A stretch of DNA of 62,782 nucleotides from Negaprion brevirostris (taxonomy: Eukaryota), in contig JARDVH010000099.1 in the NCBI GenBank assembly GCA_030324005.1, positions 63,157,418 to 63,220,199 on the forward strand, read 5' to 3'. Under the pieces are notes generated by a model. It was not told the DNA's origin and searched no databases. It saw only the letters and a program-made list of their open reading frames with translations. Below are positions 39,790-52,170 of this stretch, piece after piece; positions within the stretch are counted from its first letter, which is position 1, and every line of letters begins with the position of its first letter. A program made the position numbers and the translations under genes.

Positions 39790-41262
39790 AAACATAAAAG
39801 TTGCGCAATGTTGCATCTGAGGAATTGGATGATCTCCTATGGGTTAGAATCAGTAGGCTGGTCAGTATTTAAAAACTCTGTGACTCGCCTGAACGAGAAT
39901 GCCATGACAGTAACTGGCTTCATTAGAAAGTGTGTAGAAGACTGTGTGCCAAAGAAGCAANNNNNNNNNNNNNNNNNNNNNNNNNNNNNNNNNNNNNNNN
40001 NNNNNNNNNNNNNNNNNNNNNNNNNNNNNNNNNNNNNNNNNNNNNNNNNNNNNNNNNNNNGTGTTTCCCAACCGCAAACCACGGATGAACCAAGCTATCC
40101 ACTGTTTGCTGAAATCCAGGTCTGAGGCATTCAAGTCAGGCAACCCTGACCTATACAACAAAACCAGATATGATCTAAGGAGATCCATCAAAGATGCCAA
40201 AAGGCAGTACCGGATCAAGCTAGAATCCCAGGCTAGCCACATGGACTCCGACCGACTGCAAGGTCTGCAAGATATAACAGGCTACAAGTTAAAGGCAGGT
40301 AAAATCGCCAGCTCCAATGCACCCCTCCCCAATGAGCTCAATGCATTCTATGCCCGCTTTGAGCAAGAAGTCAGCGATGGTATGCCATTCATTTCAGAAG
40401 CCTTGGTCGAATGTGTATCCGAGGTTATCACTGCAGACGTCAGAGCAGCCTTCTCAAAAGTCAACCCACAGGAAGCAAGTGACCCAGATGGGTTACCCAG
40501 ACAAGCGCTGAGGTCCTGCATGGACCAGCTGGCGGGGGTATTTGCAGAAATCTTTAACTTCCCTTTACACCAATCTGGGGTCCCTACCTGCTTCAAGAAG
40601 ACAACCATCATCCTGGTACCAAAGAAAAGCCAAGCAAGATGCCTTAATAACTATCATCCAGTGGCTCTGACATTTATCAGAATGAAGTGCTTCCAAAGTT
40701 AGTCATGACATAAATCAATCCCTGCCTCCCAGACTGCCTGGATCCACTACAGTTCATCTATTGCTGCAACAGGCCCATAGCAGTTGCCATCTCACTGGTC
40801 CTACACTCAATCCTGCAATACTTGCAAATTTACCAATGTCAAACTGCTATTCATAGTCTACAGCTCAGCCTTTATCACCATTACTCCTATGAGACTCTTC
40901 TCCAAACTTTGTGACCTGGAGCTCGGCTCCTCCCTCTGCAACCGGATCCTAGACTTCCTAACCCACAGGTGGCAGTCAGTAAGGATAGGCAACAACACCT
41001 CCTCCACCATCATCCTCAGTAGTGATACTCTGAAAGATTGTGTCTTCAGCTCCTTACCCTACTCCTTATACACCTCTGACTGCATGGCCAAATTCCCTTC
41101 CAACTCGATTTTGAAGTTTGCTGATGACACCACCGTTGTGGATCAGATCTCAACAATGACGGGATACAGTACAGGAAAGGAATAGAGTCTGGTGAACTGG
41201 TGTGACAACAATATTCTCTCCCTCAGTGTCAATAAAACGGAGGGGATAGACATTGACTTCGG
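39790..41262 (+). mobile_element. Rex1/Babar LINE, decayed RT
   Basis: VFPNRKP, PTCFKKTTIILVPKK, YHPVALT and LKFADDTTVV motifs. Confidence 0.9.
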
Positions 41263-43519
41263 NNNNNNNNNNNNNNNNNNNNNNNNNNNNNNNNNNNNNN
41301 NNNNNNNNNNNNNNNNNNNNNNNNNNNNNNNNNNNNNNNNNNNNNNNNNNNNNNNNNNNNNNTGAATGCCCTCCTTAAAATCAACCACGCTGACCATGCT
41401 ATCAGTTACCTATCCCAACATCCAACACCTTTACTTGGCTTCTGATTTTGTCTGGTAATATTCCTGTGAATTGGGATGTTATACTATATTGATGATGCCA
41501 TATAATTACAAGTTGTTGTTATTTTACATAGTGGAAGTAAATGGTCTATTTGGAAAACAAAAGCATCATAGCTGAGCCCAACCCTGTTGGCATATTACAT
41601 CACTCAATGGCACATTTTCACCAGGTGATCACTGGAAGACAAACACAAAAATCGGGAAACATTTCTTTTCAGTGACACCAAGGCTGCCCTGATAAATTAC
41701 CAACTGAGCAAAGGCCACCTAGATTAACATCTAACCTCTTCCGGATTTAAGCTCAATGCAACAATAGGTGGATCCGTTATCAAGCAAAAATGCTTTCAAT
41801 GATTACAGATACATCAAGTATAATATATGTTTAATAAAACTTTTGTCCTATACATTTTGTTAACATTTTACCCAATCTTTAATAAGCACATTTCATTCTT
41901 AAAATATCTTTCTAATTCTATTTTTAACCATCTTACAAACATATTTGAAGTACTTTCTGTACCTCTAGAAAACCTTAACTTATATTTAGCACTTGGGGTC
42001 AAACTGTCGCTTTACTGGTTACTCTCTAGTGAGTAAATACAAACAGCCAAACGCAAAACAGCATTAATCATTTTCAGGATGTAGTGCCCAATCTAGTGTA
42101 ACTCAGGTAAGGTGCATGTTAGGCAGTGTGTGCTTCATGAGACAACACTATCAGTATTTATTTGACATAGTTTGTACCATGTTCAAAGCCCTCTGGAGAT
42201 TGTCACATCACTGAATCACATATGAATGGAATTGTTTTGAGACAGTTCACACAAAACTCTAAACTAAGTAACAAATTTAGGTTCTTTTTCTTAAAATCTT
42301 AAGTCATCAGCTTACCCACATCACAACCAGCAGCATAAAACATGTACTCGGTGGTGAACAAAAAACTAAAAGAGTCATTGAGAGAATTATACTTGGTGGT
42401 ATATTCTTATTCAAGTTAGACCGAACCTTTTTGGAAAAAGCATAATTGAACGTTGTCTAAAAGTATAGCTTTCTATAAATAATGGGTGGAAAGGATATGT
42501 TGGAGAATGAGTTGGACTATCTATTGGTGGGAAAAATGAAGTTCAGAGTAGATATTATTTGAGAAACTTGAGGGCTAACACTGGATCTTTGAGGAAATAC
42601 ATTAAAGACATTACTTGGAATGCTAGGAGTGAGGGCACGAAGGGATTTAAATACAAAAGATGAATATTTTAAATTTAAAGCATTGGTGGAGGGGCAAGAA
42701 AAAAAACACTACATTTGACTCACTGTGATTAATGGCATAAGAGATTCATTGGTATTATTTAAATGTTGATATTGCTCTGAAGATGGATGCACATTTCATT
42801 AGAATACACTGAACCTGTTGATACATCTTCACAGAACTACAGATTTGTTACAGCATAGGAGGCCATTTGGCCCATTATGTCCACACTGGCTCGCTGACTG
42901 TGCAATGCATCTTGTGCCATTCCCCAGCCTTTTCCCCATAGCCCTTCATATTCTTCATTCTCAGACAATAATCCAGTTCTCTCAATTTGATTAAATCAGT
43001 GGTTCTCAAACATTTTGGATTAAAAACCCCTTTTCGAATGGATAGGAAATCACAGACCCTCAACTGAATGACATAATTCACATTTCAACCTTGCCTTTGG
43101 CACTGACGTGCTGCATTCCATCATCATCGAGGATGGGGATGTCTGTGGTTAACTGTTTATTCAGTACTGTTCATAATTACAGAGCTTTGATTTGATCCTT
43201 TAATTGTAGGATTGCTTTGCCTATTGTTAGCTGCTTCCATTGTTCAGCATGCATGTAGTCATTGTATTGTAACTTTTACAGGTAGGCACTTCAAATATAG
43301 GTGTGCCTGGTACTACTGCTGACATGCTCTGCACTCCTCATTGAGCCAAAGTTTGTAACTAGCTTAAATCACACTGATAAGAGTGTGGGATATTCCAGGA
43401 TAAGAGNNNNNNNNNNAATACAATTCCACTGCTGCAGATTATGGTCAGGGGGGTGGGGGGGGGGAGGAGTGGTTTATAAAAACTAAGTGTTACAATGACC
43501 CACAAGATTATTCAGGTCA

Positions 43520-44040
43520 GGTCACCCACAGCTTGGTCAGAGAAGTAGGTTTTAAGTGTCTTAAAAGGAGGCAAGTGAGGCACAGAGGTATAAGGAGAGC
43601 ATTCCAGAGCTTGGGGCCTAGGCATCTGAAGGCACAATCATCAATAATGGAGCCATTCAAATTAGAAATGTTCTAGAGACCATCGTTAGAGGAGCACATA
43701 CGTCTGTGAGGATTGAGAGGCTGCAGGAGATGACTTAAAGACAGAAGGAAAAACCATGGAGAGATTTGAAAATGGCAGAATTTTAAAATCAAGATGTTGC
43801 TTGACCTGGAGCCAAAAAGTCAGTCAGCAGGACTTGCTGCAAATTAAAACATGTGCAGCTGAGATTTTGGTTGACCTTAAGTTTACAGAAGGTAGAATAT
43901 GAGACATCACCCAGGAGTGCTTTGGAGTAGATGTATCTGGAGGTAAGCAGGGCAGCAATGAAGATTTCAGCTGATGAGCTGAGACAGGGGCAAAGTCAGA
44001 CAATATTATGGAGGGGATGGAAATAGGCAGTTTTAATTGT
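43520..44040 (-). mobile_element. L2-type LINE 3' fragment
   Basis: cagcttggtcagagaagtaggttttaag...attccagagcttggggcctaggc matches the recalled reverse L2 3' region. Confidence 0.6.
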
Positions 44041-44054
44041 GGCGTAAACACAAT

Positions 44055-45037
44055 CAGTATGGATAGGCAACACCATCTCTTCCACAATCATCCTCAACAC
44101 CAGTGCTCTGCAAGGCTGTGTCCTCAGCCCCTTACTATAACCCTTATACACCTACGACTGTGTGGCCAAATTCCCCACCAACTCGATTTTCAAGTTTGCT
44201 GATGACACCGCTGTAGTGAGTTGGATCTCAAACAATGATGAGACAGAGTACAGGAAAGAGATAAAGAATCTGGTGAACTGGCATGACGACAATAATGTCT
44301 CCCTCAATGTCAACAAAATGAAGGAGCTAGTCAATGACTTCAGGAAGTACGGTGGAGGACATTCTCCTGTCTACCTCAATGAGGGATGAAGTATAAGTGG
44401 TTGAAAGCTTCAGGTTTTTAGGTGTCCAGATCACGAACAACCTGTCCTGGTCCATCCATGAGGACTTTATAGGTAAGAAAGCCCACCAACGCCTCTACTT
44501 TCTCAGGAGACTAAGGAAATTCGGCATGTCTGCTACAACTTGCATCAACTTCGACAAATGCACCATAGAAAGCATTCTTTCTGGTTGTATCCCAGGTTGG
44601 TATGGCTCCAGCTCAGTCCAAGACTGCAAGAATCTACAAAGGATCGTGAATGAAGCCCTGTCCATTACTCAAACCAGCCTCCAATCCATTGACACTGTCT
44701 ACACTTCCCGCTGCTTCGGAAAAGCAGCCAGCATAATCAAGGATCCCACACACCTTGGATATACTCTTCTCCACCTTCTTCTGTCGGGAAAAAGTTACAA
44801 AAGTCTGAGGACATGTATCAACCAACTCAAAAGCAGCTTCTTCCCTGCTGCATCAGGCTTTTGAATGGATCTACCTCGCATCATGTTGATCTTTCTCTAC
44901 ACTTTAGCTACGACTGTAACACGACATTCTGCACTCTCTCCCTTCCTTCCCTGTATATAGTATATTTTGTTTATATAGTGCGCAAGAAACAATACTTTTC
45001 CTATATATAAATACGTGACAATAATAAATCAAATCAA
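44055..45037 (+). mobile_element. Rex1/Babar LINE, 5'-truncated
   Basis: FKFADDTAVV, FLGVQITNNLSW, QRLYFLRRLRKF; tail aataataaatcaaatcaaa. Confidence 0.92.
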
Positions 45038-46129
45038 AAATATTAAAGACAGTAGTTAACCAGTGTAAGTTATTTTTAGGTGATTTTAATAACTATACCT
45101 GACCTGCCATCCCAATTCCAAAGCTCTTCTACACCATTTGAACACGTGGGACTGGAATTTTGCTACCGGACCAGGTAGCTCAAGTGAGGAATAATCCTCA
45201 TAACAATCCCCACACCATGCCATCTCATAGCCAGTCACTCAGTGTTCAATGGAGATGAAAAATAAAGAAACTTGTAAGAATATAATACCGCCCTCCTTCA
45301 TACTCTGAAAAAGCACTCATTCACGAAAGCCAAAGTTTTTAAATTGCAAGTGATTAATCTCATATAAAAATAAACATCTATTCAGACCTCACATCAAAGA
45401 CATATAATCCTTTAATAGTCTCTTTAAACGGTCAGTCAAATTGCAAACACAGAATACCTACTGAGTGAATTGAAATTTTGAAACTCAGCCAAGCATTCAC
45501 ATTGACATAACATTAATAGGTCTTATAAAAGGCCTATTGAACATGCACCAGATTTTTTTTCTAACCTACACCAAGTGGCTCACCAACCAAAGCAGTCGAG
45601 CAGAGGGTTCTTTTAAGTCTCACTGGTAGTTTCAGCCTGTTTTTTCTCATGTTTAAAATGCAAGGGATTTAAAAATTAGATAATGACACTTAAAAGACCA
45701 AATCCATCGTTCAAGAACATGTATGTCTACTCCACCAATTTATGACTCCCACACTACGGGCTAATTTTCTTGGATTTGCCAACACTGGATCTATTTAAAC
45801 TTAGCAACCATGTTCAAATGGCCCCACTGAGTTCACATTTCTCTCCTATGTTTTTCCCCCTGCTACCAAAAACTGGGCCAGTTGGAAGTGGGCGGCAAGA
45901 CGTCAGCATCTGAGTCTATCCCATCACTATTGAAGATTCTGTGTAATTTCCCAATCCAGCCCTTATGCTCCAAGAGTGTATGTGGCCTCTTGTTCTTCCA
46001 ACTAAAATGTACCACCTCACACTCATCTACACTGAGGTTCATTTGTGAATTTTATACCCATTCTGCAGGTTTATTAATGTCGTCCTGTATTTTATAGCAG
46101 TCCTCTTTTACCGTCTACGAGGACAATAT

Positions 46130-46537
46130 CACTGCGGTAATGCAACTGGACCAGCAATCCTGGGGATTAGACTAATGCTCTGAAGACATTATTTCAAATC
46201 CCACCACAGCAACCGAAGGAATTTAAATTCAATTAATTAATTAAATCTGAAATGAAATGCTAAATTAATTGACAATGATCATGAAACTACTGGACTGGTA
46301 TAAAAACCCATCGGGTTCACTGACGTTCTTCAGGGGACATAATCTGCCATCCTTACCCAGTAAAGGCTACAAGTGACTCCAAAACCAGACCAATATGATT
46401 CAGTCTTAACTGCTCCCTATGCTAGCCCAGAAAGCCATTCTGTAGACAGCTCATGACCACTTGCTCAAGAACAATCAGAAATTGGCAAGAAATGCTGGCC
46501 TTGCCAGCAATGCTCACATTCCATGAAGAAATAAAAA
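46130..46537 (+). mobile_element. Near full-length tRNA-derived SINE with CR1-type tail
   Basis: ttcaaatccc B-box-like head, aaaacccatcgggttcactgacg core, tail aaatgctggccttgccagc...catgaagaaataaa. Confidence 0.75.
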
Positions 46538-46544
46538 AGTATAT

Positions 46545-46730
46545 ACCTTCCCATTTGGAGCCTTCAACAAATTTTGAAATTTCCTTCCAATTTCAAAGTA
46601 AATTGTGAGCAAACAGTGATCCCTTCATGCATCCTTGTGAAACACCACATGGTATTGTCTTCTCCAAGTCTGACTGTTTATTCTTGATGAACCTCTTCAG
46701 CCCAGGAGGTGAAAGTACTCCCGTAACACA
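46545..46730 (-). mobile_element. Ancient CR1/L2 RT remnant
   Basis: IPCGVSQG and ISKFVEGSKWEG echo GVPQG and [12 protein letters not shown]. Confidence 0.5.
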
Positions 46731-48620
46731 GATAGGTAGAGTTTCACGATTTTATTTTGACAAAACATGAAGAAACAACAATATAAAATCAAGTCGAGAT
46801 GTTGTGCAACGTGAAGGCATACAACGCTAAACTGCTGATTGCATGTTTAGACATAGCAGGACGCCACACAGATAACTGTAATGCTTTTGTTGCAGCGAAA
46901 TTGATCTGCCTATGTGGCACCACAAAATTCAAATACAGCTGTACCCTTTTGCTAGCAAAAAGCAGCATTAAAATAAGCCATCAAACAGTTGCATTGGAGT
47001 CCCATAGTTCCTAATGGGCATTTAGCTCAATGCAGCAGAGAGAATTGTTGCTTATTTTAATGCTCCTCACTTCTGCTCAAGAAGCGCACTCTCATCAAAA
47101 CTTCATTTTATGTATGAGGCAAATCACTTCAATGCTGTGGCAGAATACAAAAAAATTATGGCCCTAAAATGATGTATTCAAAATCTTGCCTAATTGCATC
47201 AACTAACTGACTAGCAGAAGGATTTGAATTTAGAACAACTCTTTAGCGCTTAGACGGTTCAGATTTTGAAACTCAGGCATGATATTAAAGTAGATTATAC
47301 AAGAGCAAAAGTTCCAAGTAGTTAATTGGTCTCCCAATGATATATTTCAACTTGACTTTGTACAAGACGAGGAGTACTTACATTCTTTGTCTCAGTATGA
47401 TTGTACAAATCACCAAGCTGCTACCTGGATTATATTAAAACTGAAATCAAGTGCCAAATTGTTACTTAAAGACCCAGAACAACAGATGCATTATTTAATA
47501 GGTGGGTGGATGGGACAAGATCAGCAATCAAAATAGATTAACTGCAAATTACAATTTCATAATCCTTAAAACTGAGCCACAGGGTGACTATGGATGTTTC
47601 CTTAAAATTCTTTTTCCTTCTTCAATCGCACCTTGGCTTTGTAATTCAGTGATATCAGCTCACCAGAAGCAAAAGACGTGGTCTGATTTCCTCTGCATGT
47701 CTCCACCCCCTGGACTGATTCAACTCCCAATACAATAGGAGTAACATGTGATACCTTCGCAACCAGCCATGATCTCATAATCCGAAAATTGCCAACTTGG
47801 AGATCAACAAAAGCCAAAAACTAATCTTTTGAGTTTTAAATATGGGCTGGGAAAGAGTAAGGTACAGTACACGCAATATCTCTGGTTTATATCGAAGTGT
47901 TGCAGCTATTGTGATGGAACCCAAATTCCACAGAAGCCAAATGTAATAAGAGCCTTTTACACAAAAATAATTAGCATCTGAATAAAACTATTCAAATCAA
48001 GGTTGGAGCCAAATATTGTGCTTGCATTAGGTTATGCATAAAGAGAAATTATATAATTCAAATGGCTTTCATTGCCATTTACATATTGATACACTTGGCT
48101 TCATCAATCTCTTTTAAACTCAAGTGGAATTCCTACATTTATTCACTTCGCAAATTCCTCTAAGAATTTATTCTTTTTCTTTCATACTGAATACATGTTT
48201 TCCTTCAAAACCTCAATTCTCCAAAACATTCTGAAGGTTTATCCAACATCACTTTTGAACTTTTAGATGGGACTAAAGAAAATGGTCATCTAATCTCTTT
48301 AACCTTCAGCCTCCGACATTTTCTCTTACAATCCTATCTTGTGTTTCTCCATTTTATCGACACTGCCATGATTAGTTCTAAAATGTTCTTCGCATATTTC
48401 TTCTTCCTTTATCCAAATGTCCCATATTTTATCCTCGTCTTAATATTTTCACCACGTTGAAATTGCACCTCAGTACCTCAAAGAAAATATACAAGGAACA
48501 TAGGCACAAGAGCCCTTCAAGCCTGCTTTGCCATTCAGTGAGGTTAAGGTTGACACCAATTTGTTCTCTCACTCAAAGAATTTACAACATGTTGGGAAAT
48601 AAAGTCAAAATGGTGTAGCA

Positions 48621-48912
48621 GGGCGGGTTGCTCTGGTTAACACTGCTGTTTCACAGCACCAAGGACCCAGGTTCAATTCCTGGCTTGGGCCACTGTCTAT
48701 GTGGAGTTTGCACGTTCTCCCTATGTCTCCATGTGTTTCCTCCGGGTGCTCCAGTTTCCTCCCTCAATCTGAAAGACGTACTGGTTAGGTGCATTGGCTA
48801 CACTAAATTCTCCCTCGGTGTACCCTAACAGTCGGAGTGTGGCAACTAGGGTATTTTCACAGTAACTGCATTGCAGTGTTAATATAAGCCTTGTGACTAA
48901 CAAATAAACTTT
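48621..48912 (+). mobile_element. V-SINE with HE1 head and a different 3' tail
   Basis: HE1 head and V-domain, then cggagtgtggcaactaggg...ttgtgactaacaaataaacttt instead of the CR1 tail. Confidence 0.75.
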
Positions 48913-49766
48913 TTAACATTTTAGGTTCGAGTACAGGTACCTCATAAGAGTGATAGGGAGAGAATTGTACACTCCTTCTACCTATGCAATGTGTGATTTG
49001 ACCATACATAATGAGTGCACTCAGTGCAAATTGGGGAAATGTTCCAGTTCTGAGCAATGATCACCTGATCGTAATGAGCATAAATATAGAAAGAAATTGC
49101 TTAAATTAAAATGCACAAAACTACTGAAGTCAACCCAATAAGCACTGCTTGAGCTGCACATATTCAAATAATTCAAAGATGTTCAACAAAGTCAATTATT
49201 TTTTTCTTGACCACTGCACCATATAAGTGAGATACATATTTAATTTCATTTAGTCACTTCAGAATTTCATGCATAAACATTCCTGCACCTGCTCTTCCTA
49301 TCTCGAATGCAAATCCTTTATCTGTGGACAGGGACGGAAATCTTTCGTGTCTGGTTCAATATGTACTAAGTAGCTGTCAACTTGGGTCATGTAGTCAGCT
49401 TGCTAATAATAGTTAATCACAAGTCTGTCCGATACACTGTACCATGCTAATTCTAGTGATGCTGTTTCCATTTTCCACGGATTCTGAATTTCACAACCTT
49501 CAAGTAGTTATTCACTCACTTCTCTTACAGGTTTTTGATTTGTTTTTGAGTTGTGTTAAAAACTCTCCGTTTGCAATTTTAGAATCATATGATACTTGAC
49601 TGTCCTTTAATAGTTATAGATCTGTTACTAGCTTAAGTATAGGAATAAAAGAATGTCCTAGAGCCAAGGTAATCCAATCTGCTACATTGCCGCTACTCTT
49701 TGGAAACCTGTAATTCGAAAACTAGGATGAGTAATGGAAAATACCTGAATCAATCTGCGAACAAGT

Positions 49767-50736
49767 ATGTTTTTTTCTGATTGGCAGACAGTGACTAGTG
49801 GGGTTCCACAGGGATCTGTGCTAGGACCCCAAATGTTTACGTTATATATTGATGATTTGGAAAAGAGAGCTGAATGTATTATCTCCAAATTTGCAGACTA
49901 TACAAAGTTGGGTGGGAGGCTGAGCTCCGAGGAGGATAGAAAGATGCTTCAGTATGATTTGGATAGGCTGAATGTGTGGGCAATTGCATGGCAGATGCAG
50001 TATAATGTGGATAAGATCATAAGATCTGGGGGCTGAATTAGGCCATTCAGTCCAAAGCATCTGCTCTGCCATTCAATCATGGCTGATATGATTGTCATCC
50101 CCATTCTCCTGCCTTCTCCCTGTAACCCCTGATTCCCTTATTGATCAAGAATTATCTATCTCTATCTTAAAGACACTCAATGATTTGGCTTCCACAGAAT
50201 CAGCACCCTCTGGCTGAAGAAATTCCTCCTCATCTCAATTTTAAAGGAGCATCCCTTCACGCCGAAGTTGTGCCCTCCAGGTCTGTGACTAGTGGTGTGC
50301 CACAGGGATCAGTGCTGGGTCCATTGTTGTTTGCCATCTATATCAATGATCTGGACAATAATGTAGTAAATAGGATCAGCAAGTTTGCTGATGATACAAA
50401 GATTGGAGGTGAAGTGAGGAAGGTTTTCAATGCTTGCAGAGGGATTTGGACCAGCTAGAAAAATGGCAGATGGAGTTTAATGTAGACAGGTGTGAGGTTT
50501 TGCACTTTGGAAGGACAAACCAGGATAGAGCATAGAAGGTAAATGGTAGGACACTGAAGAGTGCAGTAGAACAGAGGGATCTGGGAATACAGATACATAA
50601 TTCTCTAAAAGTGGCGTCACAGGTAGATAGTGTCATAAAGATTACTTTTGGAACATTGGCTTTATAAATCAAAGTATTGAGTATAAGAGTTGGAATGTTA
50701 TGGTGAGGTTGTATAAGACATTGGTGAGGCTGAATT
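49767..50736. mobile_element. CR1 cluster: plus RT fragment (49767-50015), minus 3' end (50016-50280), second plus RT fragment (50281-50736)
   Basis: [10 protein letters not shown] occurs twice, with ISKFADYTK and ISKFADDTK. Confidence 0.9.
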
Positions 50737-50928
50737 NNNNNNNNNNNNNNNNNNNNNNNNNNNNNNNNNNNNNNNNNNNNNNNNNNNNNNNNNNNNNNNN
50801 NNNNNNNNNNNNNNNNNNNNNNNNNNNNNNNNNNNNNNNNNNNNNNNNNNNNNNNNNNNNNNNNNNNNNNNNNNNNNNNNNNNNNNNNNNNNNNNNNNNN
50901 NNNNNNNNNNNNNNNNNNNNNNNNNNNN

Positions 50929-51617
50929 ATTGTGATCATTTCAGAAACAGCCAGTTCTGGTATTTCATTGCAAGCAGATCGCAGGGTTAAGAACCAAAGG
51001 CGGCGATTGTAAATGACCTTGGAATTGCCTTAAAGTGCAGATAGTGCTGTTTAGCAATTTGGTAGAACGCATCGATCAAACCAAGTGACTTCTCCTGAGT
51101 ATGTTATTCTCACCTTGGAATTGGCAGGAGAAGACAGAGTCTCACCTATTGTTGCAAAGACTTGCAAGTTTGGGTGCTCTCACACATGGTGACAAGACAA
51201 GCCACTGACACCATAGATTTGATGACACGTATGGAAGAAATACCTTGGAAATAGTGATGAAGTTCATCGTAAATCTGGACCGTCCACTGGTGTCTTCACC
51301 CAAAGACTATGTTGGGGATTTTTTTTAAAGATGTTCAACAGGGATTAATTAGTGTGGATTTGATAAATGTGGAAGAGCATTTAGGACAGCTCACATTGGA
51401 TAAAGATTATAATAGAGTTGGGAAATTTCTGAATTGAATCCTTAGCATGGAGGTACATCAGCAGAACACACTCTTCCAGTATTTTTCAGACACTTTAAGC
51501 GCTGTAATTCAGAATGCTAAGAGGAATGGGATACATAATATGGGAATTTTAGATTTGGGTTCTGGGGATGAGAAGGTGAAGAAAGTAGAAGCAAAGAAAT
51601 TCCTAACCCCAGGGTAT
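50929..51617 (+). pseudogene. SBNO1: Processed pseudogene fragment of strawberry notch homolog 1
   Basis: Reads [90 protein letters not shown]...[23 protein letters not shown], matching recalled vertebrate SBNO1 rather than SBNO2. Intronless; stops at 51010, 51031, 51052 and 51435; frameshifts, including the T-run at 51319-51326. Confidence 0.92.
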
Positions 51618-51623
51618 TTTGTT

Positions 51624-51979
51624 TTCTAACAGCATTAGACAGGGGATATTCAGAAAGATTGATCCCAACAGTGGAGGGACCCCAGTCATAGATTGAAGAT
51701 AAGGGGTATACCTTTCAGAACTGATGTGAGAGAAATTTCTTCACCCAGAGAGCAGTGAATATGTGGCATTCACGACCACAGAATGTAGTTGAGGCCAAAA
51801 CATTGTCTGATTTCAACAAGAAATTAGATATAGCTCTTTGGGCTAAAGGAATCAAGGGATATAGGAGGAAAGCAGGATCAGGATATTGAATTCAATGAAC
51901 AGCCATGATCTAGATGAATGATGGAACAGGCTCTAAGGGCCAAATGGCTACTCCTGCTTCCAGTTTTTATGTTTCTATG
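51624..51979 (+). mobile_element. CR1 3' end abutting the SBNO1 fragment
   Basis: ttctaacagcattagacaggg...gaggccaaaacattgtctgatttc...tttatgtttctatg; reverse-complement match to the 3' ends of 4485-5244 and 5583-6500. Confidence 0.9.
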
Positions 51980-52146
51980 TCAAGTGCTTTTATTAATAAG
52001 TCATTTTGTACAAACATTCAAACTTAAAGATTTATTTAAGAACAGTAACAATATTTTGTTTATTAAAACAATTTTTGGAAATAGTTCCAAGATATGTATT
52101 TTTATGATTGATAGCATTTTTCCCCATGTATCGCATTTTTCCCCAG

Positions 52147-52170
52147 GTCGCAGCAGGTTTGGGCTGAGGG
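52147..52170 (+). CDS. Candidate 24-nt microexon (phase 1-1, xRSRFGLRG)
   Basis: tttttccccag acceptor, G|GTGAGT donor, frame-preserving and phase-compatible with 56055. Confidence 0.45.

Noticed and set aside
50929-51629. Functional SBNO1 exon
   Set aside because: Multiple stops and frameshifts, no introns, embedded in CR1 sequence.
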